Virus record (IMG/VR): IMGVR_UViG_3300025000_000061 | Span: 1 to 64,000 of that record | Source: a virus | Reading direction: 5' to 3' (one strand) | Length of the DNA stretch: 64,000 nucleotides | In this document: positions 25,091 through 36,850 of the stretch, one piece after another | Numbering within the stretch: the first letter of the stretch is position 1 | Layout: each line of letters starts with the position of its first letter | The notes under the pieces: generated by a model | The model's database searches: none | Told to the model about the DNA's origin: nothing | Seen by the model: the letters and a program-made list of their open reading frames with translations, nothing else | Made by a program: the position numbers and the translations under genes

Positions 25091-25649
25091 TAGGGGGAGA
25101 ATTAATTTATGAAATATATTTGTAAAAGCATTGAAAAATGTCCTTGTCAAAATTATGATACTGAATTACGAACAATGACTTGTGATAGTGAATTTAAAGA
25201 AGATTGTTCACATTGTTTTGAAGCAGAAAAGAATGAAGAATCATCTTTAAGATGTCCAGTATGTAAATATAAATATCAATCGTGAAGATTTAATAGAAAT
25301 TATGAGTGATAACAATTTTTATATTTCTAATCCAGAAATAAAAGAATATCCTTGGCTTAGTGATAAAGTAAGAATAGTACTATTTGGCTGTCCGAAGTGT
25401 CATAGTATATGGTTTGTAGATTGAAATAAATATAATTAGAAAGGAGAAAATAAATTATGCGTATAACTATTGACAAAAAATTATATTTCAAACCAGTTAA
25501 TCTACCAATTAAATTCAATAAAAAGTTATCTTGTGTAAATTGTATATTATCAAAAACATGGCCTTGGGTTTTGACATTTGGATTGTTTTATGGATTGGCT
25601 GTTTTAGGGTTAAGGTGTTTTTAAATTATATATAAAAGGAGATATAAAT

Positions 25650-26027
25650 ATGAAAATAGAATTTGAAATTCCTGATTTAAAATTTAATGTTGAAGATATT
25701 GTAGAAATTAAGAATACTGAAAATGATAAATCAATATTTGTGAGAGTTGAATCTTATGAAATATCAGGTAATTGGATACATAGTGATAAGCATACGACAG
25801 TAAGAGAAAATAAACATTGTTTTTATAATACAACGGTACAGTTAAATAGTTATTACAATACTAGTGATATAGAATTAATAAGACCTGGGAAAATTATATG
25901 TTTTAGTATAGAAAGATTAGAAAAATTCAAAAAGGTAAATTGGGATTTGCAAGTTACAACACCTGATACAATAGAAAATATAGATCGAAGAGAAAAAGAA
26001 TGGTTAAAGAGCAAATTAGAAATTTAG
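25650..26027 (+). CDS. hypothetical protein
   Basis: 125-aa ORF with SD. Confidence 0.75.
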   Translation: MKIEFEIPDLKFNVEDIVEIKNTENDKSIFVRVESYEISGNWIHSDKHTTVRENKHCFYNTTVQLNSYYNTSDIELIRPGKIICFSIERLEKFKKVNWDLQVTTPDTIENIDRREKEWLKSKLEI

Positions 26028-26036
26028 ATAGTCTAT

Positions 26037-26095
26037 AAACCCTTATAATATAAGGGTTTATAAAACACAAAATCATGACAAAAGTGTAATTTTAT
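26037..26095 (+). repeat. Composite site: 23-bp palindrome plus core
   Basis: AAACCCTT-ATAATAT-AAGGGTTT 26037-26059; AAATCATG-ACAAA-AGTGTAAT-TTTAT (core 26078-26095). Confidence 0.9.
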
Positions 26096-26301
26096 GCAAA
26101 GTTGAAAAAGGAGATTAAAATATATGAGATATTTAATTTGGTATTTTAAAAGTTGTTTCTGTAAACATGAATGGATATACGAAGAAAGAAAATGGACGGG
26201 TTCTAGTCTTTTAGGACAACAATCTAGTGGAGTAACTGTTTCTGCAACATGTAGTCAATGTGGATGGCATAGAAAATATGAAAAGTTTTAATAAATAATT
26301 C

Positions 26302-26330
26302 TTGCAACATTACTAAAATGATAATATAAT
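26302..26330 (+). promoter_or_regulatory. sigmaA promoter with degenerate motif
   Basis: TTGCAA-17-TATAAT; ACATTACTAAAATGA 26307-26321. Confidence 0.7.
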
Positions 26331-26364
26331 AATAAGCAAGTAAATAAACAAGGAGGAATTTATC

Positions 26365-26691
26365 ATGTCAAGAACAACACAATACATAGGGTTATCATCT
26401 AGAGCAGAGGAGTTTTTAAATAAACATAAATACATTAAATTATGTGATTATCATATGACAGAGGGTATGTTTGGTGAGCCAGTTTTAGGAAGTATTTATG
26501 AATGTACATTGCAAAGAGAAGGTATGTATAGTATACCTGATAATAGATACATGGAAGATTATAAGGAAACTTATGCAGAAGTAGTTCAAGCAACACCTTG
26601 GAGTGGTGGTATGATGATTTTTACTTGTTTACAAGAAATTCAGACAGGTAGAAGGATAGGTGAATGGACAAAAGAAGAAATTAATAGTTAA
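26365..26691 (+). CDS. hypothetical phage protein
   Basis: 108-aa ORF, SD AGGAGG. Confidence 0.75.
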   Translation: MSRTTQYIGLSSRAEEFLNKHKYIKLCDYHMTEGMFGEPVLGSIYECTLQREGMYSIPDNRYMEDYKETYAEVVQATPWSGGMMIFTCLQEIQTGRRIGEWTKEEINS

Positions 26692-26707
26692 GGAGGTAAA
26701 TTAAATA

Positions 26708-27040
26708 ATGGTTATTAAAAACAATTATGATACTATAGAAAAATTATATAAATTAAAAGATAAAACAAGTATATTTGAATTTCTTGATAGTAATAGTTAT
26801 TTAACTGATTTTCTTATTGATGCTCATAAACAAATAGTAAATATTTTTGAGAATTCAGTTATTCAATTAAACCTAGTGATAGATGAAGGGATAGAAAGTT
26901 TGTTTGCAAACATTTTTACAGATTTATTAGTTGATGAAGCAATGTCAAAAATGGACTATTTAGATGAGAATTGGTTTTTGAGTAATATGGATAAAGCAAA
27001 AGGAAAGTTTAATTTTGATGTAGAATGGAATTTTAATTAA
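26708..27040 (+). CDS. hypothetical protein
   Basis: 110-aa ORF, SD AGGAGG. Confidence 0.75.
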   Translation: MVIKNNYDTIEKLYKLKDKTSIFEFLDSNSYLTDFLIDAHKQIVNIFENSVIQLNLVIDEGIESLFANIFTDLLVDEAMSKMDYLDENWFLSNMDKAKGKFNFDVEWNFN

Positions 27041-27295
27041 ATATAAATAAATAAGGAGATTAAAAATGAGAGGTAAAAGAATTGTATTATATATGTTACT
27101 AAGTATGTTATTAGGATTTTTAAATCAATACTTTAAAATATTTATTATTAACTACAGTGTAAAGTATATGATGGATGCGTGTGTAATATTTTTTGGTATT
27201 ATGTTTTTCTTATCAATGTTTGATTATTACTACAGTGTACATTGATTTGTTAGATAAATAAATATAAATTTATAAAAAATAAGGAGGAATTTATC

Positions 27296-27922
27296 ATGCG
27301 TGAAGATTTTGAAAGAAAGTTAACTAAAAACGAATTTGATAACTTAATAAAAGTATTAAACAGACACTTTAAACCTAAGTCAGTATTAGAAATCTTTGAA
27401 TATTTCATGGAAAAAGGTAGTTATACATGGACTAAAGGTAAATTTACTAATAAGATCGGATTATTATATAAAACTCATGCCGATATTATGTTACATAAGA
27501 TTAATAAGCAAGAAGATTTAGAAATACTCAAAGATATGATTGATAGTGAACAAGGTGAAAATAAACAATATTTCTTGTTTATCAATTATCATAAAGCACT
27601 TCAAATGTGGAGATTAGAAGATGATAGATGTATATGGGGTGTAGACGTACATGAGAATTATAAACCATTGCAGAGTGAATATTTTTTAAGGTTAAGAGAA
27701 TTGAAAGAGAAAGAAAGACAGAAAAATTTAAATGAATTTTACAATAAATACGTCGAAGAAATTGAAGTAAAAGATAATCATATAATTAATGGAACATCTG
27801 GAGTATGTAATCGTTGTAACACATATAATACACTTTATTATTCTGAAATTATTAATAAATATGTTTGTAAAAATGTTGGGATTATATTAATGACACAGAT
27901 AATAATGAAGAATTGCAAATAA
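27296..27922 (+). CDS. hypothetical protein (probable A-run frameshift near 27870)
   Basis: 208-aa ORF; the CxxC pair is completed only in an alternative frame. Confidence 0.7.
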   Translation: MREDFERKLTKNEFDNLIKVLNRHFKPKSVLEIFEYFMEKGSYTWTKGKFTNKIGLLYKTHADIMLHKINKQEDLEILKDMIDSEQGENKQYFLFINYHKALQMWRLEDDRCIWGVDVHENYKPLQSEYFLRLRELKEKERQKNLNEFYNKYVEEIEVKDNHIINGTSGVCNRCNTYNTLYYSEIINKYVCKNVGIILMTQIIMKNCK

Positions 27923-28014
27923 TTATAGACGATGTATTTGAGAAATATGATAATGAATAATATGAGGAAATTCTGGTTTCGTTTTAATATTAAATAAAAG
28001 GAGATATATAAATA

Positions 28015-28422
28015 ATGGCAACATGGATAGATGGTAAAGCATTTGTACCTGAAATAAGTGAAGAAAAATTAAGTAGTTTAATTGAGAAAATTGTCCCTGT
28101 GGTAAGGGAAAATAATAAATTGTATCAGATTAAAATACCTGATTTACGTAATGTGGCTTATACATGGGATTATAAAGTTGTTGAAGAATGTAAAAATCTA
28201 AAAGAAATTGTAAGAATCAAAACTCATCATTATTGTGGATATTATGGTTTATTCAAACCAAGTATTGCTGAAGTATTATCTCAAATACCTGAAGATTTTA
28301 TTGACAAAGTAAATGCTTTTGAAATTATTAGTGATGTTTGTTCTGGAACAGATGATGAAACAAAGATATTTAAAGAAGGTAATGGACATTTAGCAACTAC
28401 GATATTATATGAAAAATTATAA
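28015..28422 (+). CDS. hypothetical phage protein (YGLFKPSIAEV)
   Basis: 135-aa ORF with SD. Confidence 0.75.
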   Translation: MATWIDGKAFVPEISEEKLSSLIEKIVPVVRENNKLYQIKIPDLRNVAYTWDYKVVEECKNLKEIVRIKTHHYCGYYGLFKPSIAEVLSQIPEDFIDKVNAFEIISDVCSGTDDETKIFKEGNGHLATTILYEKL

Positions 28423-28440
28423 TTTGGAGGGAAATAATTA

Positions 28441-28824
28441 ATGGGATTTATGACAACATTAACATTTCTTAATGATGGATTTGACCAGATTGAAAAACAT
28501 CCTGAACAATTTATTGAAGCAATTAAATTAGGTATTAACGGAATTGATAAATACCATAAAAATTCAGGTAGAAAGTTTATTACTACTCATGGTATTGGGT
28601 TTCATGTAAATTTAGTAAAAGTTGCTAAATCTCATCATGCAGATGATTATAGATTATATTTAGTTGGTAGAAATACAATGACCACATTTGGATATGCGAA
28701 TGAGATCGATGATATTAAATATAGAAAAGAATTAGTAGAAATAGCTAAGTTTATTATTGAGGAAGAAGAAAATAGGATTAAAAAGTTAGAAAAACATTTA
28801 AAAGGAGAAATAGAATATGAATAA
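28441..28824 (+). CDS. hypothetical protein
   Basis: 127-aa ORF with SD. Confidence 0.75.
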   Translation: MGFMTTLTFLNDGFDQIEKHPEQFIEAIKLGINGIDKYHKNSGRKFITTHGIGFHVNLVKVAKSHHADDYRLYLVGRNTMTTFGYANEIDDIKYRKELVEIAKFIIEEEENRIKKLEKHLKGEIEYE

Positions 28825-29587
28825 AAAAGATGGTTTAGGTGACAGAATGAAGAATTATGAAAATGTTACACGTAATCATTTAATTAGGAGAGTGCCAGTT
28901 ATAATTCGCATAGACGGTAAGGCATTTCACTCATTTACAAAAGGATTTCAAAGACCATTTGATGAAATATTAATTTCAACTATGCAACAAACAGCAAAAT
29001 ATTTTTGTGAGAATATTCAAGGTTGTAAATTAGCATATACACAATCAGATGAAATAACTTTGTTATTAACTGATTATGAAACTATTGGAACGCAGGGATG
29101 GTTTGATTATAATATTCAGAAAATAGTGTCTGTATCTGCAAGTATGGCAACATTAGCATTTAATAAAATATTTAGAAATATATATGATGAAATTGATTTA
29201 GAAAATATATCAGATTATGTTGACATCTATCGAAAAAGAATTGGTAATGCAATGTTTGATTCAAGAGTATTCAATATTCCCAAAGAAGAAGCATGTAATT
29301 GTTTTATTTGGAGACAGCAAGATTGCACAAGAAATGCTATTGAAATGGTAGGTAGAAATTATTTTAGTCATAAAGAATTGCACAAAGTAAATTGTAATCA
29401 GATTCAAGAAAAATTATTTCAAGAAAAAGGTATTAATTTTAATGATTTACCAACTTATCAGAAACGTGGTAGTTGTATAGTTAAAGAGCAGTATGATAAG
29501 GACGGTACTGAACGTAGTAGATGGATTATTGATAAAGATATACCTATATTTACTCAAAATAGAGATTACATTGAGAAATATTTGTAA
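28817..29587 (+). CDS. tRNA(His) guanylyltransferase Thg1-like protein
   Basis: RMKxYE, IRIDGKAFHSFT, YTQSDEI, FDSR, WRQQDCTRN motifs. Confidence 0.93.
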   Translation: MNKKDGLGDRMKNYENVTRNHLIRRVPVIIRIDGKAFHSFTKGFQRPFDEILISTMQQTAKYFCENIQGCKLAYTQSDEITLLLTDYETIGTQGWFDYNIQKIVSVSASMATLAFNKIFRNIYDEIDLENISDYVDIYRKRIGNAMFDSRVFNIPKEEACNCFIWRQQDCTRNAIEMVGRNYFSHKELHKVNCNQIQEKLFQEKGINFNDLPTYQKRGSCIVKEQYDKDGTERSRWIIDKDIPIFTQNRDYIEKYL

Positions 29588-29853
29588 AAATTAAAAAATT
29601 ACTTCAAAAGGATGATTTGGTTATGAATTTATTAGACAATAAAAATTTTATGGAAAATGTTTATAAAAAATTTCCAAGAAAGGATATGTATCCTAATACC
29701 TATTATGATGGATTACATAATTGTTTTGATAATTCACAAGTAATTTATTGTGGATTGGATACAGATATTCGCAGATGTAATCTATGTGGTGATGAATGGG
29801 AATGTAAATGTAATTTTGATAATAATTTTAGTTAAAATTATGAAAAATAATCC

Positions 29854-29882
29854 TTGACAAATAAACAGAATATTAATATAAT
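29854..29882 (+). promoter_or_regulatory. sigmaA promoter containing AGAATATTAATATAA motif
   Basis: TTGACA-17-TATAAT; motif 29867-29881. Confidence 0.85.
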
Positions 29883-29959
29883 AGTAAACAGATACAGTAA
29901 TGATAAAAACAAAAATAATTAATAAAATAAAAATATAAATAAAAAAGGAGATTAAAAAC

Positions 29960-32017
29960 ATGTCAAACTTTAAAAATTTCAAAATTTTATTCCAAAAGAA
30001 TTTTCAAGAATTAACTAAAGATGTTAGTCATTTGTTTCAAGTAGAATTAAATAAAGATGAATTATGGGAAAAAATTTATCTTGAGAGTTTTAGACCAGAA
30101 GATAATCCAATCTTTAGAGAACGCAGAGAATTTGATTGTACTTGTTGTAGACAATTTATCAGAAATATTGGAAATGTAGTTCTTCTAAAAGATAATCAAA
30201 TTAAAACTATTTGGGATTTTGATGCAAAAAGTGAAACATTTCAGCCAGTAGTTGATGCTTTAGATAAATATGTTAAATTACATATTGTCTCAGATGTGTT
30301 TGTTAGTAAATTAAAGAAAATTGGCACAGATAAGAATTTTGAGCAATTATCGAATGGACAAATTAATACATGGGAACATTTTTACTTAGAACTTCCGCAG
30401 AAATTTTTAGATCGATCAGGAAAATCCGAAGGTGAAATTAAAGGTGAATTTAGAAGTACGAGAGATGTATTTAAAGGTTCATTAGAAAAAATTACAGAAG
30501 ATAGTTTATTAACTGTTTTAGAGTTAATTTCTCAGAACAGTTTATATCGAGGAAAAGAATGGGAAGGTGTATTGACGGAATTTTTAAAGTATAAGAAAGA
30601 ATATGATAAATTAGAAACAACAGAAGAAAAAGAAAATTATACATGGGAACAGTCAGTTAAAGTTGGTGGTGCTGTTGGCAGAATCAAGAATCACTCAATG
30701 GGAACATTGTTATTAGATATTAGCGAAGGAATGGATTTAGATAAAGCAGTTGGTAAATTTGAATTTATTGTAGGAGATGGATATAAAAGACCAAATCCAG
30801 TATACACAGAAAGAATGTTAAATGATTTTAAAAATAAGATTATTGAATTGGGATATTTAGAATCGTTAGACAGAAGATTTGCTAATCTAAATGATATAAC
30901 TATTAACAATATCTTATTCTCTAATAAAGATTCTGCAAAGAAAATGCAAGGTGGATTAGATGTATTTGATGAAATGTCAAAAAATATTCCTCTTAATCCT
31001 AAAAAATTTAATAAAGTTACTGAAATTTTAATTGATGATTTCATTGCGAATGTATTGCCAATAACAAGAGAAATTGAAGTCTTCTTAGAAAATAAACATG
31101 CTAGTAATATGGTATCATTAATTGCACCTGAGAATAAAGACAGCAAAACAATATTTAAATGGGATAATAACTTCTCATGGGCATACACAGGGAATATAAC
31201 TGATAGTAGTATGAAAGAAAGAGTTAAATCAGCAGGTGGAAAAGTAGATGGAGTATTAAGATTTAGTATTCAATGGAATGATGACAATAGTAAACATGAT
31301 AGAAATGATCTTGATGCACATTGTATTGAACCTAATAGTAATGAAATTTATTTTGGAAATAAAACAAATAGATATACAACTGGACAATTAGATGTTGATA
31401 TAACTAATCCACAAAGAAATAATCCTGCTGTTGAGAATATAACTTGGTTAGATAGAAATAAAATGCAAGAAGGTGTCTATAAATTCTTTGTTAATAATTT
31501 TGCTCATAGAGGTGGGAAAGAAGGATTTAGAGCAGAGATTGAATTTGATGGTCAAGTATTTAGTTTTGATTATGGAAAAGAATTAAGACAAAGCGAGAAA
31601 GTTTTAGTGGCAGAAGTTACCTTTAGTAGAATTAAGGGATTTAGTATTAAAGAAAAACTACCATCTAATATATCGAGTAAAGAAGTATGGGGATTGAAAA
31701 CTAATCAATTTATTCCTGTGAGTGTGATTTGTTATTCACCGAATTACTGGAATTTGCAACAAGGAATTGGGAATAAGCATGTGATGTTTATGCTGAAGGG
31801 TTGTATTAATAATGAGAAACCGAATTCAATGTTTAATGAATATTTGAATCAAGAATTAAATCAACATAGAAAAGTTACAGAGGCATTGGGTAGTAAAATG
31901 GCAGTTAAAGATACACCAAATCAGCTTAGTGGATTAGGTTTTTCGTCAACTAAGAGAAATGAATTGCTAGTGAAGATTAAAGGACAGACTGAAAGAATGT
32001 TAAAAATTAAATTTTAA
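29960..32017 (+). CDS. large hypothetical phage protein with YfaP/DUF2135-like C-terminal domain
   Basis: 685 aa; CTCCRQF; LRFSIQW..DLDAH..GQLDVD..AVENI motifs. Confidence 0.7.
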   Translation: MSNFKNFKILFQKNFQELTKDVSHLFQVELNKDELWEKIYLESFRPEDNPIFRERREFDCTCCRQFIRNIGNVVLLKDNQIKTIWDFDAKSETFQPVVDALDKYVKLHIVSDVFVSKLKKIGTDKNFEQLSNGQINTWEHFYLELPQKFLDRSGKSEGEIKGEFRSTRDVFKGSLEKITEDSLLTVLELISQNSLYRGKEWEGVLTEFLKYKKEYDKLETTEEKENYTWEQSVKVGGAVGRIKNHSMGTLLLDISEGMDLDKAVGKFEFIVGDGYKRPNPVYTERMLNDFKNKIIELGYLESLDRRFANLNDITINNILFSNKDSAKKMQGGLDVFDEMSKNIPLNPKKFNKVTEILIDDFIANVLPITREIEVFLENKHASNMVSLIAPENKDSKTIFKWDNNFSWAYTGNITDSSMKERVKSAGGKVDGVLRFSIQWNDDNSKHDRNDLDAHCIEPNSNEIYFGNKTNRYTTGQLDVDITNPQRNNPAVENITWLDRNKMQEGVYKFFVNNFAHRGGKEGFRAEIEFDGQVFSFDYGKELRQSEKVLVAEVTFSRIKGFSIKEKLPSNISSKEVWGLKTNQFIPVSVICYSPNYWNLQQGIGNKHVMFMLKGCINNEKPNSMFNEYLNQELNQHRKVTEALGSKMAVKDTPNQLSGLGFSSTKRNELLVKIKGQTERMLKIKF

Positions 32018-32046
32018 ATAAAATAAAATATAAAATAAAAGGAGAA

Positions 32047-32442
32047 ATGATTATTATGACAATGCAAAATGTAAATATGTTTGAAATGGCAGTTAAAAGT
32101 AAGTTTAGATTTCCTTATAAGGGCATGATTAATGTTGAGGATTTATTTGATTTATCATTGAATGATTTAAATGTTGTTTATCAAACCTTAAAGAAACAAC
32201 AAAAACAAACACAAGAAGAAAGTTTACTTGAAGTTAAATCTCAGGAAGATCAAGAATTGGACATTAAGATTCAAATTGTTAAACATATTTTTGATGAAAA
32301 AGTAAATGAAAGAGAAATGAAACTTAAAGAGAAAGAATTTAAACAACATGAACAAAAAATTATGGCAATAATTGCAAAAAAACAAGATGCAGAATATGAA
32401 AATATGTCCATTGAAGAATTGAATAAGATGATTAGTAAATAG
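32047..32442 (+). CDS. coiled-coil hypothetical protein, probable partner of the upstream gene
   Basis: FRFPYKGMINVEDLFDL motif; co-transcribed. Confidence 0.75.
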   Translation: MIIMTMQNVNMFEMAVKSKFRFPYKGMINVEDLFDLSLNDLNVVYQTLKKQQKQTQEESLLEVKSQEDQELDIKIQIVKHIFDEKVNEREMKLKEKEFKQHEQKIMAIIAKKQDAEYENMSIEELNKMISK

Positions 32443-32451
32443 TTTTAAATG

Positions 32452-32480
32452 GTAGGGAGTAATATAAACATACTCCCTAC
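32452..32480. terminator. stem-loop after the 29960-32442 operon
   Basis: GTAGGGAGTA-N9-TACTCCCTAC. Confidence 0.65.
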
Positions 32481-33029
32481 TAAAATAATAACAATAAATT
32501 ATTTTTAAAAAGGAGAAAATATAATATGAAAGGTAAAGATGCTTTTAAATTATTAGAAGAAGGTATTCTTAAAAAAGGTGTAAAAGTAAAGATGAGTAGT
32601 CTTAAAGATTTTGATAAATTTACAGAAATTGATGATGTTTTTGTAAAAAGAGCAAGACCAGGAAGATTAGAAGATGATTGGGTTGTTGTTATGATTGATG
32701 GACAATTATATGATGCTTTTTGGATTGATGAGATAGAAGGTTATAATATTTAATAAAAGGGAGAAAATATTATTATGTTTAATAAAATTAAAAAAGATAT
32801 TATACCACCTGAATACATATTGCCTGAAAATGTACCTTTAGGTGAGGTTAAATATATTACAGATGGGCAATTTATTAAAGATGAACGATTTATATACAAT
32901 GGTTATATGTATAAATATCATCATAATGCAATATCTACTTTAAGTTCATTTTTAGGATTTAATGATGGTAAACATGCATACATAAGAGGAGAAAAATATA
33001 ATACATACAAATAAAAGGAGATAATAATT

Positions 33030-33392
33030 ATGAATATAAATGAAATATCAGATGAAGAATTAAATAATCTAAAATTAAACATATTAAAAGAAGAAAATAA
33101 ACGTAAAAATAATGATAAAGAATATATTCCAATAACAAGTATAGAAGAGTTGGTAAAACTTGTTAAAAATAATCACCAATTATATTATAAATTATTAAAT
33201 AAATATTGGAAAGTAGATTATGCTAATGTGGTATATTATAATCCAAGTAGGGGAAGATATATGGTTAGTTTTGGAGCAGGTCATATGTCTAATCAAGTAG
33301 ATGAAAATTATGGTTGTTGGTCATGTAATATGGCAGGTGGAGGCAGAAATAATATTTGGTCAGGTTATTATATGTTTATAAAAAATAAATAA
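33030..33392 (+). CDS. hypothetical protein
   Basis: 120-aa ORF with SD. Confidence 0.7.
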   Translation: MNINEISDEELNNLKLNILKEENKRKNNDKEYIPITSIEELVKLVKNNHQLYYKLLNKYWKVDYANVVYYNPSRGRYMVSFGAGHMSNQVDENYGCWSCNMAGGGRNNIWSGYYMFIKNK

Positions 33393-33444
33393 TAAATATC
33401 ATTACCAAATAATATAACATGATATTTAAAAAGGAGCAAAATTT

Positions 33445-33912
33445 ATGAAATCAATATTTCAATTTAAAATATATGAATATTTTTATAAAATAGAAAATTA
33501 TTTATCAATTGATTATATAAAAGATGTCTATCTTATAGGTACTGATATAAAGCATGAAAGAGTATTACCAATACATACTCTGAAAGATAATGAATTGATG
33601 GTATGTAAATACAGTTTGTTTAAAGAAATAATAGATTATTATGAAACAGATAAATATAATTGTAGGTTTAAAGAAAAAGATAAAATATGTATAGATGATG
33701 AAATATATGAAATTATAAGTTGTGTATATGGAGAAGATAAAAATACATATATAATTAAAGGGAAAGATAATATAATTATTGATAATAATAAAGAGAAAGA
33801 AGAGATTATTAAGACATATGAAGAAATGAAAGAAAAAGAAAATATTAAGGTAATAAAATGGTGGCAATTTTGGAAGCAAATTAATAATTTTATTAATAAG
33901 GAGGATTCATAA
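33445..33912 (+). CDS. hypothetical protein (C-terminal KWWQFW)
   Basis: 155-aa ORF with SD. Confidence 0.7.
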   Translation: MKSIFQFKIYEYFYKIENYLSIDYIKDVYLIGTDIKHERVLPIHTLKDNELMVCKYSLFKEIIDYYETDKYNCRFKEKDKICIDDEIYEIISCVYGEDKNTYIIKGKDNIIIDNNKEKEEIIKTYEEMKEKENIKVIKWWQFWKQINNFINKEDS

Positions 33913-34375
33913 CATGAAAAAGTTTTATCTTGATGATGGATGTTTTTACTGCAATAAAGAAGTTGATAATATAATACATGAAACACATATAGAAATAAAA
34001 GCATTAGTAGAGTATGATGTAGAATTTAATCGTATTCAAACACCATATATAATAAGTAGACCTTTAGATAACTATATTGGTTTAGTATGTTCTTGTGGAG
34101 AAGTAGAAGATATTTCGGATGAGTTTATGATTGAAGGTGATTATATTGTTAAAAGGGAAGATGAAGGAGAATTAAAATGATTATACGTGAATTAGGTGAG
34201 CATCAATGTATTGTTAGATTTGGTTATGATAATATTACATTAGAAAAATTAATTGCAGATAATATTATGTATATGTATGATTTAATTGATAAATGCAATG
34301 ATTGTGGATTATGTTGGATGAATGAAGAAGAAACTGATTGGTATATGAGGAAAATAGGGGTATTTTAGAGTCAAA

Positions 34376-34399
34376 ATGAAAGTTTAGTTTCATCACGAT
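34376..34399. repeat. stand-alone core site ATGAA-N8-TTCAT-CACGAT
   Basis: Matches the 18-bp core with a CATGAT-like arm. Confidence 0.7.
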
Positions 34400-34418
34400 A
34401 TTAGGGGGAGGAATATTA

Positions 34419-34859
34419 ATGAGAGATAAAATAAGATTTCATTTTAGTTCAGGTTGTTATGTTAATGATTTTATGAAAGAATTTTTACTAAAAATTAAAA
34501 ATAATATTGATAAAGAAGATATATTATTTGAGCATAAATCAACATTAATTTATAAATCAAATAATGTAGAAGTATCTATTTCTAATGTAGGTTTAGATGT
34601 GCATTTATCTAACATTGAAGAAATAAATATAGAAAAATTTATTAATATATTGTTACAGGAACATAAAAAATTAAAAGATTTATATGAGCAATTCCCAAGA
34701 TTATATGAATTTACTATATTTACTAATGATAAATACTGTGATGAAGTTAGGAAACAGTTAATTGAATTAGAAGCAGATTTTACTGAGAATAATTTTAAAT
34801 CATTTGATGAAATGACGTATACGTTTTGTGTATGTACTAAAATTAAATTTTACAAATAA
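34419..34859 (+). CDS. hypothetical protein, paralog of 7833..8276
   Basis: End-to-end similarity. Confidence 0.8.
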   Translation: MRDKIRFHFSSGCYVNDFMKEFLLKIKNNIDKEDILFEHKSTLIYKSNNVEVSISNVGLDVHLSNIEEINIEKFINILLQEHKKLKDLYEQFPRLYEFTIFTNDKYCDEVRKQLIELEADFTENNFKSFDEMTYTFCVCTKIKFYK

Positions 34860-34864
34860 AGGAG

Positions 34865-35284
34865 ATGAATAATATGGAAAATGAAATTGTTCAATATTTT
34901 GTAGTTAATAATGAGATTAATATTTCTTCGCCCAAATTATCTGCTCAGATAGGGCATGTAGCAACCATAATTACATATGAAATTACCAAATTAATGTATC
35001 AACCAATAAATTTAGATGAATATGTTAATCCTAATGTATTAATAAATATTAATGATTGGATAAATTGGTATGATAATGGCAAAGGGCAAAAGAAAATTAT
35101 ATTAGCAGGTAAAGAAAAACAATTATTAAAATTAATTGATCAAGGATTTTATTATATTAGAGATAATGGTTTAAATGAATTATTGCCGGATACATTAACG
35201 TGTGTAGGACTTCCACCTATGAAAAGATTTGAAGCACAGAAATACATAAAAAGATTACAATTATATAAAGGGGAGAAAGTATAA
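34865..35284 (+). CDS. peptidyl-tRNA hydrolase type 2 (Pth2-like)
   Basis: PKLSAQIGHVA, W...GQKKIIL, IRDNGLNEL.P.TLTCVGLPP. Confidence 0.88.
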   Translation: MNNMENEIVQYFVVNNEINISSPKLSAQIGHVATIITYEITKLMYQPINLDEYVNPNVLININDWINWYDNGKGQKKIILAGKEKQLLKLIDQGFYYIRDNGLNELLPDTLTCVGLPPMKRFEAQKYIKRLQLYKGEKV

Positions 35285-35668
35285 TGAATAAACCATATTA
35301 TATATTAAATAGAGATGAATTTATAAGTATTTTAAATTTATTTCATGCTTATGGATTTGATTTCAAAGAAAATGAATTACAAGAATTTGGCTTGTTAGTT
35401 TTAATTGATAAAGTAATTGGTGATATATCAAAAGAAAAATTTGATTTGAAATATAAATTAAGCAAATTGGAAGGAGAATAATAATCATGTTAGTAGAATT
35501 CAAAGCATGTGAAACTTGTTTATGTGTATCATGTTGTTGGACTTATGATTGTCCAAAAGCAAAAGGATATGTATGTGTTGATTGTAGTGGTGATCCTCCT
35601 AAATCAGAAGAAGAATGTGAATATTATGAAATGGAATCTTATTTTAAAAATAAGGGAGAGTAAAATAT

Positions 35669-36097
35669 ATGAGTTATCAAGAAGCATGGGAAGAACTTAA
35701 AGAATGGTTATTAAGAAGTCAAGAAATAGTTAAAGAATTTAAAGATGATAAGAGTATAGAAAATAATAGATATTTTATTTTAAGATTAAATGAAAAACTA
35801 AAAACGATGAAAATGATTAATAGAAAAATAGATCAATTAGAGAAAATTCATATTGATGACGGAGGTTGTAAGTTAATTGTAAGTCCTGAATTAGAGTATT
35901 TTAGCAATAACTTTGATGAAATATGTTGTAAATATGATGGACGATGGATAGCAATAAAAGGTGATAAGATAGTTGGTCATGGTGATACATTGCATAAAGC
36001 ATGTGAAATGGCAAGAAATAATGGATACGAGAAATATGTGACTACTAGAGCAAATAGAGATGGGTGGAATTGTGACTATGTAAGTTTGTTGGGTTAA
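35669..36097 (+). CDS. hypothetical protein with C-terminal DUF5678-like domain
   Basis: KYDGRWIAIKGDKIVGHGDT motif. Confidence 0.6.
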   Translation: MSYQEAWEELKEWLLRSQEIVKEFKDDKSIENNRYFILRLNEKLKTMKMINRKIDQLEKIHIDDGGCKLIVSPELEYFSNNFDEICCKYDGRWIAIKGDKIVGHGDTLHKACEMARNNGYEKYVTTRANRDGWNCDYVSLLG

Positions 36098-36850
36098 GAT
36101 TAAAAGAGGAGGAATTAAGAAATATGTATACAAATAATTGGGTAGATTTTACAATTGAAGATTTAACATGGGGTGAAGAAACATTATACACTCAAGAAAT
36201 ATTTGAAGAAATGTGTGACGATAAATTTGTAACTATGGAATTAGATGATGAAGGGAAACCAAAATATATTTGGACAGAAAAATTTGCATTTGTAATTAAT
36301 ACTTTTCGTAAGATTGGGATTGGAAATCCTGCTATAGTAGGTGTACCAAGAAATCCTGATTGGAATGATGTATGAATATAATATTTAAAATACTTTGTAC
36401 ATCATTTGGATTGTGGACTATAACATTATGTGCAATTCTAACAGCTATGATTACACCTAATATTATGATGTTTGAAATATCGTATGAATATATTAAATTA
36501 TTAGTATTTTGGTTAGGGAGTATAGTATTAGGATGTTTTTCTTTAGAACAAATTAAAAAATATATTATTGAAGTTTGGAAAGGAGATAATTAATTATGCC
36601 TAGACCATATGTAGTAGGATGGTATTATTTTATAAGAAAAGTAATATATGATATTAGACTACATGGTTTTAAAATTGTAAAGAAAAGAAAGAATATTTAT
36701 AAACAAATGATAAAGAAAAAACATTTTTGGTATACTACTGAAGAAAGAGTAGAAAAACATAAGAGATTTATTGAGGAATTGAAAAAAGTAAGTGCAGAGA
36801 TACAAGATGATTATAAAAAAGTTTTGTTTGATTGTGAGGAATAAAATATT

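Noticed and set aside
28817-35284. tRNA genes accompanying Thg1 and Pth2
   Set aside because: No cloverleaf or T-loop consensus was seen by eye; tRNAscan-SE would be decisive.
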